Assembly: GCA_030390025.1 (NCBI GenBank)
Contig: CM059438.1
Location: 57,600,001-57,664,000 of the forward strand
DNA: 64,000 bases
Source of the DNA: Squalus acanthias
Taxonomy: Eukaryota
Direction of reading: 5' to 3'
Shown here: piece after piece, positions 1 through 10,954 of the stretch
How positions within the stretch are numbered: the stretch's first letter is position 1
Layout of the letters: the number at the start of each line of letters is the position of its first letter
The notes under the pieces: generated by a model
Told to the model about the DNA's origin: nothing
Database searches by the model: none
What the model saw: the letters and a program-made list of their open reading frames with translations, nothing else
Program-made: the position numbers and the translations under genes

Positions 1-101
1 ACAGCTACCTTACCTGAAGAAGGAGCGAACAGCTCCGAAAGCTTGTAAAATTAAATAAATCTGTTGGACTATAACCTGGTGTTGTGCGACTTCTCATTTT
101 T
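1..101 (+). mobile_element. Penelope-like element terminal repeat fragment (cut by window start) with hammerhead motif
   Basis: CTGAAGA-stem-GAAA core at 14-40, followed by AATAAATCTGTTGGACTATAACCTGGTGTTGTG, which recurs at 1341-1442. Confidence 0.65.
10..48 (+). ncRNA. Minimal type I hammerhead ribozyme-like motif
   Basis: ttac-CTGAAGA-a-ggagc(gaaca)gctcc-GAAA-gctt-gtaa: conserved core, 5-bp stem II, palindromic AAGCTT stem III, ttac/gtaa stem I. Confidence 0.55.
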
Positions 102-2625
102 GTATGAACACAGACCTCACTATGAACACAGACCTCACTGTATGAACACAGACCTCACTGTACAGACACAGACCTCACTGTACAAACACAGACTTCACTG
201 TACGGACACAGACCTCACTGTACGATCACAGACCTCACTGTACGATCACAGACCTCACTGTACAGACACAGACCTCACTGTACGAACACAGACCTCACTG
301 TACAGACACAGACCTCACTGTACAGACACAGACCTCACTGTACAGACACAGACCTCACTGTATAAACACAGCCCTTACTGTACAGACACAGACCTCACTG
401 TAAGGACACAGACCTCACTGTACGAACACAGACCTCACTGTACGGACACAGACCTCACTGTACAGACACAGACCTCACTGTACGAACACAGACCTCACTG
501 TACGAACACAGACCTCACTGTATGAACACACACCTCACTGTATGAACACACACCTCACTGTATGAACACACACCTCACTGTATGAACACACACCTCACTG
601 TATGAACACAGACCTCACTGTACGGACACAGACCTCACTGTACGATCACAGACCTCACTGTACAGACACAGACCTCACTGTACAAACAGACCTCACTGTA
701 CAGACACAGACCTCACTGTACGAACACAGACCTCACTGTACAGACACAGACCTCACTGTACAGACACAGACCTCACTGTACAAACAGACCTCACTGTACA
801 GACACAGACCTCACTGTACGAACACAGACCTCACTTTCCAGACACAGACCTCACTGTACAGACACAGACCTCACTGTACAAACAGACCTCACTGTACAGA
901 CACAGACCTCACTGTACAAACACAGCCCTTACTGTAAGAATACAGACATACTGTACAGACACAGACCTCACTGTAAGGACACAGACCTCACTGTAAGGAC
1001 ACAGACCTCACTGTACGAACACAGACCTCACTGTATGAACACATACCTCACTGTATGGACACAGACCTCACTGTACGAACACAGACCTCACTGTACGAAC
1101 ACAGACCTCACTGTACAGACACAGACCTCACTGTACGATCACAGACCTCACTGTACAGACACAGACCTCACTGTACAGACACAGACCTCACTGTACAGAC
1201 ACAGACCTCACTGTACAAACAGACCTCACTGTACAGACACAGACCTCACTGTACAGACACAGACCTCACTGTACAAACACAGCCCTTACTGTAAGAATAC
1301 ATGATGTGGAGATGCCGGCGTTGGACTGGGGTGGACAAAAATGAGAAGTCGCACAACACCAGGTTATAGTCCAACAGATTTATTTAATTTTAAAATTAAA
1401 TAAATCTGTTGGACTATAACCTGGTGTTGTGCGACTTCTCATGTAAGAATACAGACATACTGTACAGACACAGACCTCACTGTACGAACACAGACCTCAC
1501 TGTACGAACACAGACCTCACTGTACGGACACAGACCTCACTGTACGGACACAGACCTCACTGTAAGGACACAGACCTCACTGTACGAACACAGACCTCAC
1601 TGTAAGGACACAGGCCTGACTGTACAAACACAGCCCTCACTGTATGAACACAGCCCTCACTGTATGAACACAGCCCTCACTGTAAGAACGCAGACCTCAC
1701 TGTACGAACACAGACCTCACTGTACAACAGACCTCACTGTACGATCACAGACCTCACTGTACAGACACAGACCTCACTGTACAAACACAGTCCTCACTGA
1801 GAATACAGACCTCACTGTACAGACACAGACCTCACTGTACAGACACAGACCTCACTGTACAAACACAGCCCTCACTGTAAGAATACAGACCATACTGTAC
1901 AAACACAGACCTCACTGTAAGGACACAGACCTCACTGTACAAACACAGCCCTCACTGTAAGAATACAGACCATACTGTACAGACACAGACCTCACTGTAA
2001 GGACACAGACCTCACTGTAAGGACACAGACCTCACTGTACAGACATAGACCTCACTGTACAGACACAGACCTCACTGTATGAACACAGAACTCACTGTAC
2101 GAACACAGTCCTCACTGTACGAACACAGACCTCACTGTACAAATAAACACCTCACTGTACGGACACAGACTTCACTGTACGGACACAGACTTCACTGTAC
2201 GAACACAGACCTCACTGTACGATCACAGACCTCACTGTACAGACACAGACCTCATTGTACAGACACAGACCTCACTGTACAGACACAGACCTCACTGTAC
2301 AAACACAGCCCTCACTGTAACAATACAGACATACTGTACAAACAGACCTCACTGTACAAACAGACCTCACTGTACAGACACAGACCTCACTGTACAAACA
2401 CAGCCCTCACTGTAAGAATACAGACATACTGTACAGACACAGACCTCACTGTACAGACACAGACCTCACTGTACAAACACAGACCTCACTGTACAGACAC
2501 AGACCTCACTGTACAAACAACCTCACTGTACAGACAGACCTCACTATACGGACACAGACCTCACTGTACAGACACAGACCTCACTGTACAGACAGACCTC
2601 ACTGTACAGACACAGACCTCACTAT
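102..2625. repeat. Tandem satellite/minisatellite, 20-bp unit (GTACRRACACAGACCTCACT) with 18-bp deletion variants
   Basis: Directly visible head-to-tail units; interrupted once at 1301-1442. Confidence 0.97.
1301..1442. mobile_element. Penelope-like terminal fragment with inverted duplication, inserted in the satellite
   Basis: Flanked by duplicated GTAAGAATAC (1291-1300, 1443-1452); contains a perfect 51+51 bp palindrome; same sequence family as 1-101. Confidence 0.75.
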
Positions 2626-3199
2626 GTAAATATTCTGATCAAATCAGCAGCTACTTTATTTTAATTTTATCTTTTTCCTGCCTTTGCACCAATTTACTCC
2701 CTTCCTTCCTCCTCTCATAAAGGGTTTTGCTAGGGTATAACTCCACCGGTTCTGGGCACCCACCTTCCTAAAGTAGACATTCTTTTCAAGTAAACTTAGA
2801 CAATGATGCCTGGATTTCCCAATTCGTGCTTGCGTTAGTGGAAGTGCAGCAGGTGCACACGTCCACCTGCCCAATGACCTTAATGCGGAACCAGGCACAT
2901 TGCCCCTGGAGTCAGCTCATTAACATAAAAATTGGTGGCCAGTGATTGGGGGTTGGAGAATAGCAGACTGCTACAGGATTGTTGTTGTTTTCATAACTTC
3001 ACATTCTTCCCTTGGAGAACAGTGTGAAGTAGTGGAAGGATTCACAGGCTGATTGATAGTCTGACAGACCGTAACGTGAACATTCCTTCCATGGACATAA
3101 CCATCTTTGTATAAGCCAACAGGGTGGTTAGTCCTATACGGCGGGGGTTTTAATGGGCTCGCACAACCCATATGATGAGGCGGGGCCATGAGTATCCCA

Positions 3200-3322
3200 C
3201 TGGATGCCAACCCAGAATTCAGAGCTGAAGTTCTGGTCTCCTTTTGCCAAAACTGTTTGGAGTGGGGATCAAACCCTACACCTTCTGACTCTGAAATGCT
3301 ACCACTAAGCCAAAGGCTCACT
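3200..3322 (-). mobile_element. tRNA-derived SINE head (degenerate)
   Basis: Minus-strand A-box-like TGGCTTAGTGG and B-box-like GGTTTGATCCC. Confidence 0.5.
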
Positions 3323-3429
3323 CCGACTACAGGATTTAAAGGCCTGTAGCAGCTTAAAGGGTAAGTGGCAGCAGTATTGGAAAAGAGCAGATAAGTCATT
3401 GCAGCTGCAAGACCTACAGGGAAGAGAGC

Positions 3430-4100
3430 TCTAATTCAGTAAAATATTACCAGAAGCTGAGAGGACGGGAAAGGCAGCACTGCAGCAAAAAGAATGCCTT
3501 GGGCTAGTGAGGGCACAGTGGAGCAAGGTGGTCATGTCTATTTTTGACACCTCCACAACCCCAAGAGCAGCAATGCTGAGCTGGAAAAAATGTGATGATT
3601 TGACCAGAATGAGCAAAGTAAGTGCCTCACCCACCCTAGTAAAGGTCATACAACCAGCATTTAGTATTTTGTCATCTTGGTACAATCAACGTGTCTCACA
3701 GTGGAATTGCATGCTTCGATGGAGGTGTCCACACCGTTAAGCTTCGGCACAAAGTTGGCATCCCAGCTGGATAATGCATGATCAAGGGCACACTGCATAA
3801 ATCCAACTCAAACTGTCTCTGCTAGCCCTCTGAATGTTCGTTATTAGATTTACCACGTGCATTCAGTCACAGGGTGTCACTTCCAATACTCGAGCTGGAT
3901 GAGACCGTCATGTCACATACTCTGCATTTGTTTTGCAGGAGATGATGGCCCATAATGTAAAAGGGAGAAAAATGATGTGATAGACAAGTGCCAAATATAT
4001 GTGATTTGACCCTCCATGAAGAGGAGGCACTCAGAATAATGGGCAGACTGGTGGTCAAAGGGTAGGAGCTAGCGAGATTGGTGGGCAGGTTTGCACATGG
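3430..4100 (+). pseudogene. Heavily decayed Harbinger Myb/SANT gene (exons 1-2)
   Basis: WKKCDDLTRMSK|gtaagt parallels CRKRFNDL..K|gt; ttttgcag|GAGATGATGGCCCATAAT parallels EKRAHN in younger copies in this window. Confidence 0.5.
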
Positions 4101-4832
4101 ATGAATTAATTCTGCTTTCTGAGTCTTATGTGACCATAATCAAGCACACCAACACTACAGCAAGGTAACTGTACTATTAATTATGAAGTGGAGCATAATG
4201 GTGAGAGGGCTCATATCAATTCTCATTATTCTTTGTAAAATTATTCTCAGGATGTAGACAACATTGGCAAGGCTGCATTTATTGCCCATCTTAGTTGCCC
4301 TGAGAGTGTGATTGTGGACCATCTCTTTCAACTGTTGCAGTCTTTGTGGTGATGGTGCTCCTAAAATGATGTTAGGATATTGACCTAGCAGCACTGACAA
4401 TCTACAGCCACTATAAGCACTTTGAAATAGTCTAAATAGCCAAAACCCATAATGTAATACAAGCAAAATGTCTCCCAAAACTTTTCAGCCTTCTTCCTGA
4501 GAGAAGCTGAGGGTCCCTGTAAATATTGCTGGAATGACCACCTCCAGACTTGTACTATGATTTATGGGCAAAATCAAGAACTGGTAGTAGTATCACAGGC
4601 AGGAATGAAAATGGTGACAGTGGTCTTGACAACGTTATATGACCATGATTTACATATATTCATTAGGACCCCATCTGTTTTTGGCAGGAACTCTGGCTGT
4701 CTAAATTGTGGTCCACCAGAAAATCGCCAGTTCTGTTTCACATGAGATTTTAGCCCCACTAACTGTTCTGTTTTAGGCATAAGCAGAGTGGTAGTGAGAT
4801 AAAACCACCCCTAATGTTTTTACAACAGAAGT

Positions 4833-4968
4833 TCACTTCTTATGCTGTGAAAAATCCTGCTGCTTCAAAACTGGCTCAGCTTCTCTGCTGGCCGGCACAA
4901 ACTTATCCACGGAACCTTTGTTGTGGCCTGGGAACTGTCTCAGGGACTTTCCGTTTGGTAAATAGGCT
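4833..4968 (-). CDS. Candidate terminal coding exon of the micro-exon gene (xAYLPNGKSLRQFPGHNKGSVDKFVPASREAEPVLKQQDFSQHKK*)
   Basis: Strong acceptor ttttatttctttacag|A; the longest open frame after it is the phase-2 frame used by the micro-exons; apparently non-TE sequence. Confidence 0.4.
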
Positions 4969-5068
4969 CTGTAAAGAAATAAAATCCAAACCCCTTTGAA
5001 CTTATACTGAAACAAAAGGTTGCATTTTAATTATCAATATTAAATTTATATATTTAACAATGGAATAT

Positions 5069-5246
5069 AGGGGGTGAATTTCCCTGGGAGTTCTCCTGCT
5101 TGTCTGCTGTACTTTCGATAGAAAAGCTATGGAAACCTCAAAGCAGTGTAAAAAATGTTTGCTCAGTTTTTCCAAGATTTCCGTAACTCTTTCTCCAAAG
5201 TTACGGCCACCAGGCGGAAGAATTCCCTTTGTGGAAATTCACTCCC
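5069..5246. mobile_element. Small MITE-like element with terminal inverted repeats
   Basis: GGGGTGAATTTCC ... GGAAATTCACTCC ends; internally quasi-palindromic. Confidence 0.5.
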
Positions 5247-5950
5247 TGGTTTGCGGTGCAGTGTGAACTGTGCGGCCAGTTAACCCAGTGAGCACCTTAG
5301 ACTTGCTATTATGCTTTCACTAACACTTCACGCCTTGTGAAGCCTACTGCAGGCAGCCTCTGAGCTCATGGCTTTTCCTTTGTGAAATATTCAGTATAAC
5401 TTTGGGTCTTAACCCCTCATATGCTGTTTCCAGCAATAGAACATACAAGTTAAAAATTCAACAAAAACAAAAATCTATTTTTTAATCACAATGGAGTTGG
5501 TGTACGTTCAGAATTACATTGTGTCGCAGTGTGTATATTGCAGATTATCAGATGTGTAATAGATTTTTGATGGTGGATTTCTATAATAAATGTGCTGATC
5601 CCTCTGCTGGAAGCCAGGCTCCCATTTACATTGCATTCATACTTCTATTAAACTGATATTAGACCCACACCCCGGTGCCATAAGTTATTGTAATGGTTAA
5701 CACTGAGTTTGCTGCACATTGATATCAACACTGGAATCACTTCACCACTAACTGGAGAAATTAAAAGCACCCAGTCCAGTGGTGTCATGCATAGGATAGT
5801 GTTTTTTTGCACCTCACTGCCCAGGCCTTTGTCCACAATGCTAATATTAAAATGATGCAGTCACTATTTCCAGAATGACAAAGACTGTTCTGTTGTTAGG
5901 AACAGTTGCCCTGGGGTGGAAGTATGGCCTTCTAATTTCCCTGCTAATGT

Positions 5951-6016
5951 TTTTTTTTATTCGCTTATGGGATCTGGGCGTCGCTGGCAATGCCAGCATT
6001 TATTGCCCATCCCTAA
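5951..6016 (-). mobile_element. 3' tail of non-LTR family B inserted in the intron flank of micro-exon A
   Basis: Reverse complement of AGGGATGGGCAATAAATGCTGGCATTGCCAGCGACGCCC plus poly(A); AATGT duplicated on both sides. Confidence 0.75.
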
Positions 6017-6088
6017 AATGTAGCCATGAACAAATAGATCTTGTTTCAAAAAGTTACTATAATTCAGCAGTGTGTGTGTTGTATTTAC

Positions 6089-6118
6089 ATATCATGAGGT
6101 GAAGGCTCCCTCAGAATT
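6089..6118 (-). CDS. Micro-exon A, 30 nt, phase 2-2 (xILREPSPHDx)
   Basis: ttttgtatttttag|AATTCTGAGGGAGCCTTCACCTCATGATAT|gtaaat; other two frames contain stops; paralogous to B and C; donor weaker than sisters. Confidence 0.65.
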
Positions 6119-7576
6119 CTAAAAATACAAAATAACAAAGAAACATGAACAGAATTATCAGCAGAAATGTTTGCTGTTGCCAAGTGTGTTCAATGGGACT
6201 GCTGCAGAATTATTGGATAATCATTCACAGCAGCAGCTGAATATAGCTAAATGTGTAAAACTGCTGACTGAGGAAAAAATATACAAATTGAGTGAAATGA
6301 CTATTGATGATGGTCATGATATAAACTAGATTTGCATGTGGGCTTCTGATTTTTTATTATTTCATCCATTAACACATTGTATGACTTCACATTCCCTCAA
6401 GTTAATGACTGGAAAATCCTGCACAGTGTATTCTCAGCAAGAGGCTCCCCACCGGAAGCATGATGTCGGAAAACTATCCCCATAGCAAACTGTAATTCCT
6501 TATTATTGGCTGAAACTTGTTTCGCCAACTGATGCCGTAAAAGGCTAAATGGCTACATTTCTGTTCAGTGTTAAAGTTAGTAGTTATGGGTTTTTGCATT
6601 AAAAGTGATGGTAAACCAGGTAAAAATCTGCAACAGCGCCTGCTGCTGGTTTTAACCATATTCACAGTTTTCTACTCTTTCTAAATGCCGTGTGTAAACA
6701 GCAATGCAAAATCTGGGTCATAAGCATTTAAGTGGTAAGGCCTTGTTAGTGATACCTCACAAGAAAATGGTGCCTATTTTGACATGAAATGATTGTGACC
6801 AGCCAGGAATTGGCTCACACACTGTGCTGGGGTTAATTTGATGTCAGGATAACAGTATCGGGGTCAGAGAAGAATGATCTGCACATTGAAACAGGCTGGG
6901 CTGGAGGTGATGAACCCAGCTGTGCCAAAAAGAATGTTTCTCCTGAACTGACACTGTTCCAACCTAACTGAACAGTATCTCATCTTTCCTTTTAAAGCCA
7001 GCCTTAATCCGAGCTGCATTGAGATGCCTGTTTGGTGCCCCACAGTTCTTGGTCCAATGTAAATAAGGCCAGGGCCTCTTCGCAGCTGGGACATGCTCAG
7101 CCACACAAAAACTCAACATTTATCCCAAAGGAACAGAAATATAGGACTGATTTTCTTCACTCCTGAAAAATAGGTGAAACACAGAAGAAAAATGGGCATT
7201 AATCATTTTGTCCCATTTCGCTCCTGAATAGAACTGCACTGAATGTCCTCTATGGCTTTTCTGGTGTCTGTACTTGACTGTTGCTTAAGAAAGTCAGAGG
7301 GGTTTCAACACAGATTTTCTCCATTAGCGTTGGGTGCAGATCAGAGGCAGGCTGATCGCAAGAAAACATGATGCTACTGCCCTCTGAGCTAATGTTTAGG
7401 TTGTCATCTGCCTTAGGGGACAGGCCACCAGTTTCAAGGAAGGCCTTAGTTTTTGACTTTTTAAATAAAAAATGGTTTGCTGCTCCAGTAATTGCTTCTG
7501 AATACTGTTGATCTTTTACATTTAGTGGTGGAGACCATGTTTAGTGCTGTGCCAGTCCTCTCTTTTGTAATATAGT

Positions 7577-8205
7577 TTACTTAGAATCATAGAATGATAC
7601 AGCACAGAGGATGCCATTTGGCCCACCATGCCTGTGCCGGCTCTTTGGTAGAGCTGTCCAATTAAACCCACTCCCCTGCTCTTTCCCCACAGCCATGTAA
7701 ATTTTTCCCTTCAAGTATTTATCCAATTCTCTTTTGAATGTTACTACTGAATCTGCTTCCACCACCCTTTCAGGCATCGCAATCCAGATCACAACAACTC
7801 ACTGCGTAAATTTTTTTCCCTCATGTTGCCTCTCGTTCTTTTGCCAATCACCTTAAATCTGTGTCCTCTGGTTAACGACTCTTCTGCCACTGGAAACTGT
7901 TTCTCCTTATTTACTCTATCAAAACCATTCATAATTTTGAACACCTCTATCAAATCTCTTAACCTCCTCTGCTCTAAGGAGAACAACCTCAGCTTCTCCA
8001 GCCTTTCCACATAACTGAAGTCCCTCATCTCCGGTTCCATTCTAGTAAATTTCTTCTGCACCCTCTCTGAAGCCTTGACATCCATCCTAAAGTGTGATGC
8101 CCAAACTTGAACATAATTCTCCAGCTGGGGCCTAACCTGTGTTTTACAAAGGTTAAGCATGTCTTCCTTGCTTTTGTATTCTATTCCTCTATTAATAAAG
8201 CCAAT
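7577..8205 (-). mobile_element. CR1-clade LINE 3' fragment (continues at 10365-10410 after a Harbinger insertion)
   Basis: RGIEYKSKE..RPQLE..LEQRRLR..TRGHRFK ORF2 C-terminus. Confidence 0.9.
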
Positions 8206-10364
8206 GGCCCAGAAATTCCCTACCTTATCACCACCCGTTAGCACCACAATCCTGCCGAAAAATGGCGGCCGCCACTCTAACGCCCTTCTCTAGTGCGGGA
8301 CTCAGTGGCCGCCATTTTGGTGAGGGCCTTAGTGCTGCCGATAGCAGCGCTGGACCTGGATATGCAAATATCGAGAGCGTGACATCAGTCAGTGTGCAAT
8401 GCCGACTTAACATCACGCTCTGCGAACTTCGACCTTAGTGCTGGGTCCTAAGCTCGCTCTGAAAAGTGAGCGTGCAGCAGACTGACAGAGACGCGGCAGC
8501 ACTTCTTAAAGGGACACACACATCTTTCAGCTAAGTTTGCATTTAAGTTTTTGGACTGGATTTTTGTTTATTTTATTGAAGTAGTGGCTTGGTGCAATAT
8601 ATGTTAAAAGTTTTTTAAGTGTACAGGGAGTGCAGGGAATGCTGCTGAACACTTGCAAGGCCTTGGATGGTAAAGAAAGGCCTCTGAGAAGACAGAAAAT
8701 GCTGGAAGTACTCAGCAGGTCAGGCAGCATCTGTGGAGAGCGAAACAGAGTTCACGTCTCAGGCCAAGATGCTGCCTGACCTGCTGAGTATTTCCAGCAT
8801 TTTATGCTTTTAGTTCAGATTTACAGCATCCGCTCCCAGAGGGGCGAGGAAGACGTAGAAGAGGAGGATGCAAAGGAAGGATGCAACCCAGACAGCCCCT
8901 TCCTGACTGGAATGATCTGCCTATGGTACCAGTGACCACAGCCCCAATACCCCTTTCAACATTTGTCCCACACCTTACTTTCCCTCTGTTACTGATCATC
9001 CTCTTGGCCACAATGCTGAAATAAAAGCCACCACAAAGCAAACTTTCCAATCCAACTTTATACATCTATCCATCCAATATGACATCAAGAAATCAACTCA
9101 TCACCCTATGCATTCTCTTAGTGACTTTCTTGTGTGTGCATTTGCCTATCCTACTGATATCACGCAGTGGTACCCCAGTGGCTGCAGCATGGCTGGTGGA
9201 AGGCTGCTGTCTTTCAGTGGGGTGACACTGCAAATGGCCTTGCTTGTTGATCTTGAGGAGCTAGTGGCTGGGAGTGTGAAATCGAGTGACAGTGTTTCTT
9301 CTTTTTCTACTTCTTCTTCACTCTCCTCTCCCTCTTCTTGGTCAACCACTGGCTGGGCAGGCTGCATTTCTTGGATGTGTGACATGAGGAAGGCACAAGG
9401 ATGGAGTTGTGGTGAGGGGAGGGTGGGAAAGCAAGAGGTCCATGTGAGAAGGAGGATAGTGTATGAGGATACCAGCATCTTGTATTCTTTCAGTCCCACC
9501 GCTGGTGAAGGGCTCAGCCATGCCCCTGCCAAGAATGGCCAGCACCATCTCCTCCAAGGGGGTGAGGTGAAGCTAGGAATAGGAGGTGTGCCTCGTGTTT
9601 GGGACAGATTGTTGGTAGGTGAGTGAGTGGTGGGGGAGGGGGGGCAGGAGTTGTGCATTGAAAAGTGTGTGAGGCTAGTGGTGCAGTTGGTAGGAGATGG
9701 CTTTTGAAGATGCATTCACTGACCTTGACCATTGCTACTGGTGCCAGGTCATGGAGGTGACACTGCTGGCACATTTTTCTTTCTGGAGGGCCTCCTGGCC
9801 CCTGTGGGTAGAGGACCTCTCTTGCAGTATTGATCCCCTGCACAAAGCTGGAGTGCTGCGTGCGAGACCCTGGGTACCCCTTCCCTGGCTTGCTGAGTCA
9901 TTTGTGTTAGTGCTGAAGCACTATTAGTACTTGTTTTTTTAAGTGCAGAAGGCAATTCAGCTTTAAGAGCTGAAGACTCCCATTTGGGAATTGTTTTAAT
10001 GTTTTTTTTTCAGACGGCAGTTGAGCTGTAACGGCTAAAAACTGCCTATTTTTACATGATTTTTATTTTTTTAGTTTCAGAAGGCAGTTCCCCTTTAAAG
10101 GACCGAACTGCTTTCTGAAACGAATGCCTTGCTTTAAGAGAAGCTGTTCTTGCTGCAATGACACTATGGCCACGCTACATTGGGGCCTCCTGCTGGGACT
10201 AATGCCACTAGAATGGCCTTGCATGGTAAGTTTAGCGCTGGGCCAATGTTAATTAGCTACAAGCAGCAATTTACCAGTCCTGCCAGCGCCATCATTTTCG
10301 GCAGCCATTAACACCAGCCGACACTGGCACTGGCAGGTTTTTACCGATATGGAATTTCTAGGCC
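8206..10364. mobile_element. Non-autonomous/decayed Harbinger-type DNA transposon
   Basis: TIRs GGCCCAGAAATTCC / GGAATTTCTAGGCC (13/14); splits a CR1 fragment; acidic-tract remnants inside. Confidence 0.7.
8690..8833. mobile_element. Penelope-like terminal fragments in inverted arrangement
   Basis: AAATGCTGGAAGTACTCAGCAGGTCAGGCAGCATCT ... AGATGCTGCCTGACCTGCTGAGTATTTCCAGCATTT; same tail as 23790-23840 and 40560-40645. Confidence 0.7.
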
Positions 10365-10954
10365 AAGGATCCCATATACTTTTTTAACAGCCTTACCAAC
10401 TTGTCCTGCTACCCTATTGACAGGCTGAATGGTTGTCGGGCGGGAAAGCCTGCTGCACAAGGCCGCAGCTGAGCTGAGAACAGGTAAACCTAGTGGGGTG
10501 GGTGGGAGAGATAGTGGGGGTGGGGTGGGGCAGATGGTGGTCGGTGCAGTCTGATTACCGGGGTGGGGGGGGGTCGCAGATGGTGGGCGGGGGGTTCCAA
10601 TCATCTATGAATGGCGCAAATCCTTTTACTCGTGGAAATCCTCTGAGCTGGTGTGTTTGGAAGAAGAAGAGGACCTACAGAACGATGCCAGGCAGATGAG
10701 ACTGCATGAGAGGTGCTTTGTGCTTGATTTCTGTCACTTGCACACAAACATGTGTGACAGAGGTTAAATTACCTCATTTTGGAAGATGTAGTTCTGCTCT
10801 TTTTTCGAACAAATCGGTTTGGAGGATTCCCACTTGAAAACCCAATGTTGGCACTAATGATGCTGAGGGCAAAAAATATCAAAGAGCAACTGATGCAAAG
10901 TGGGTAATTTTAACCCCCAAAAATAGGTGGGTTTAGGTCAGGTGGGAAGTTAAA

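Noticed and set aside
102..2625. CRISPR-like repeat array
   Set aside because: Units are directly adjacent with no unique spacers; no cas genes; eukaryotic context.
64..2720. Long repetitive ORFs (HRPHCTDTDLTVQTQTSLY)n
   Set aside because: By-product of a stop-poor 20-bp satellite; frames break at random and there is no gene context.
2971..3399. 142-aa minus-strand ORF
   Set aside because: Runs through a SINE head, no recognisable domain, poor acceptor.
5850..6088. Conserved intron block as a snoRNA or miRNA family
   Set aside because: No consistent C/D or H/ACA boxes or long hairpin seen across copies, and copy A is interrupted by a LINE tail. Not excluded without an Rfam search.
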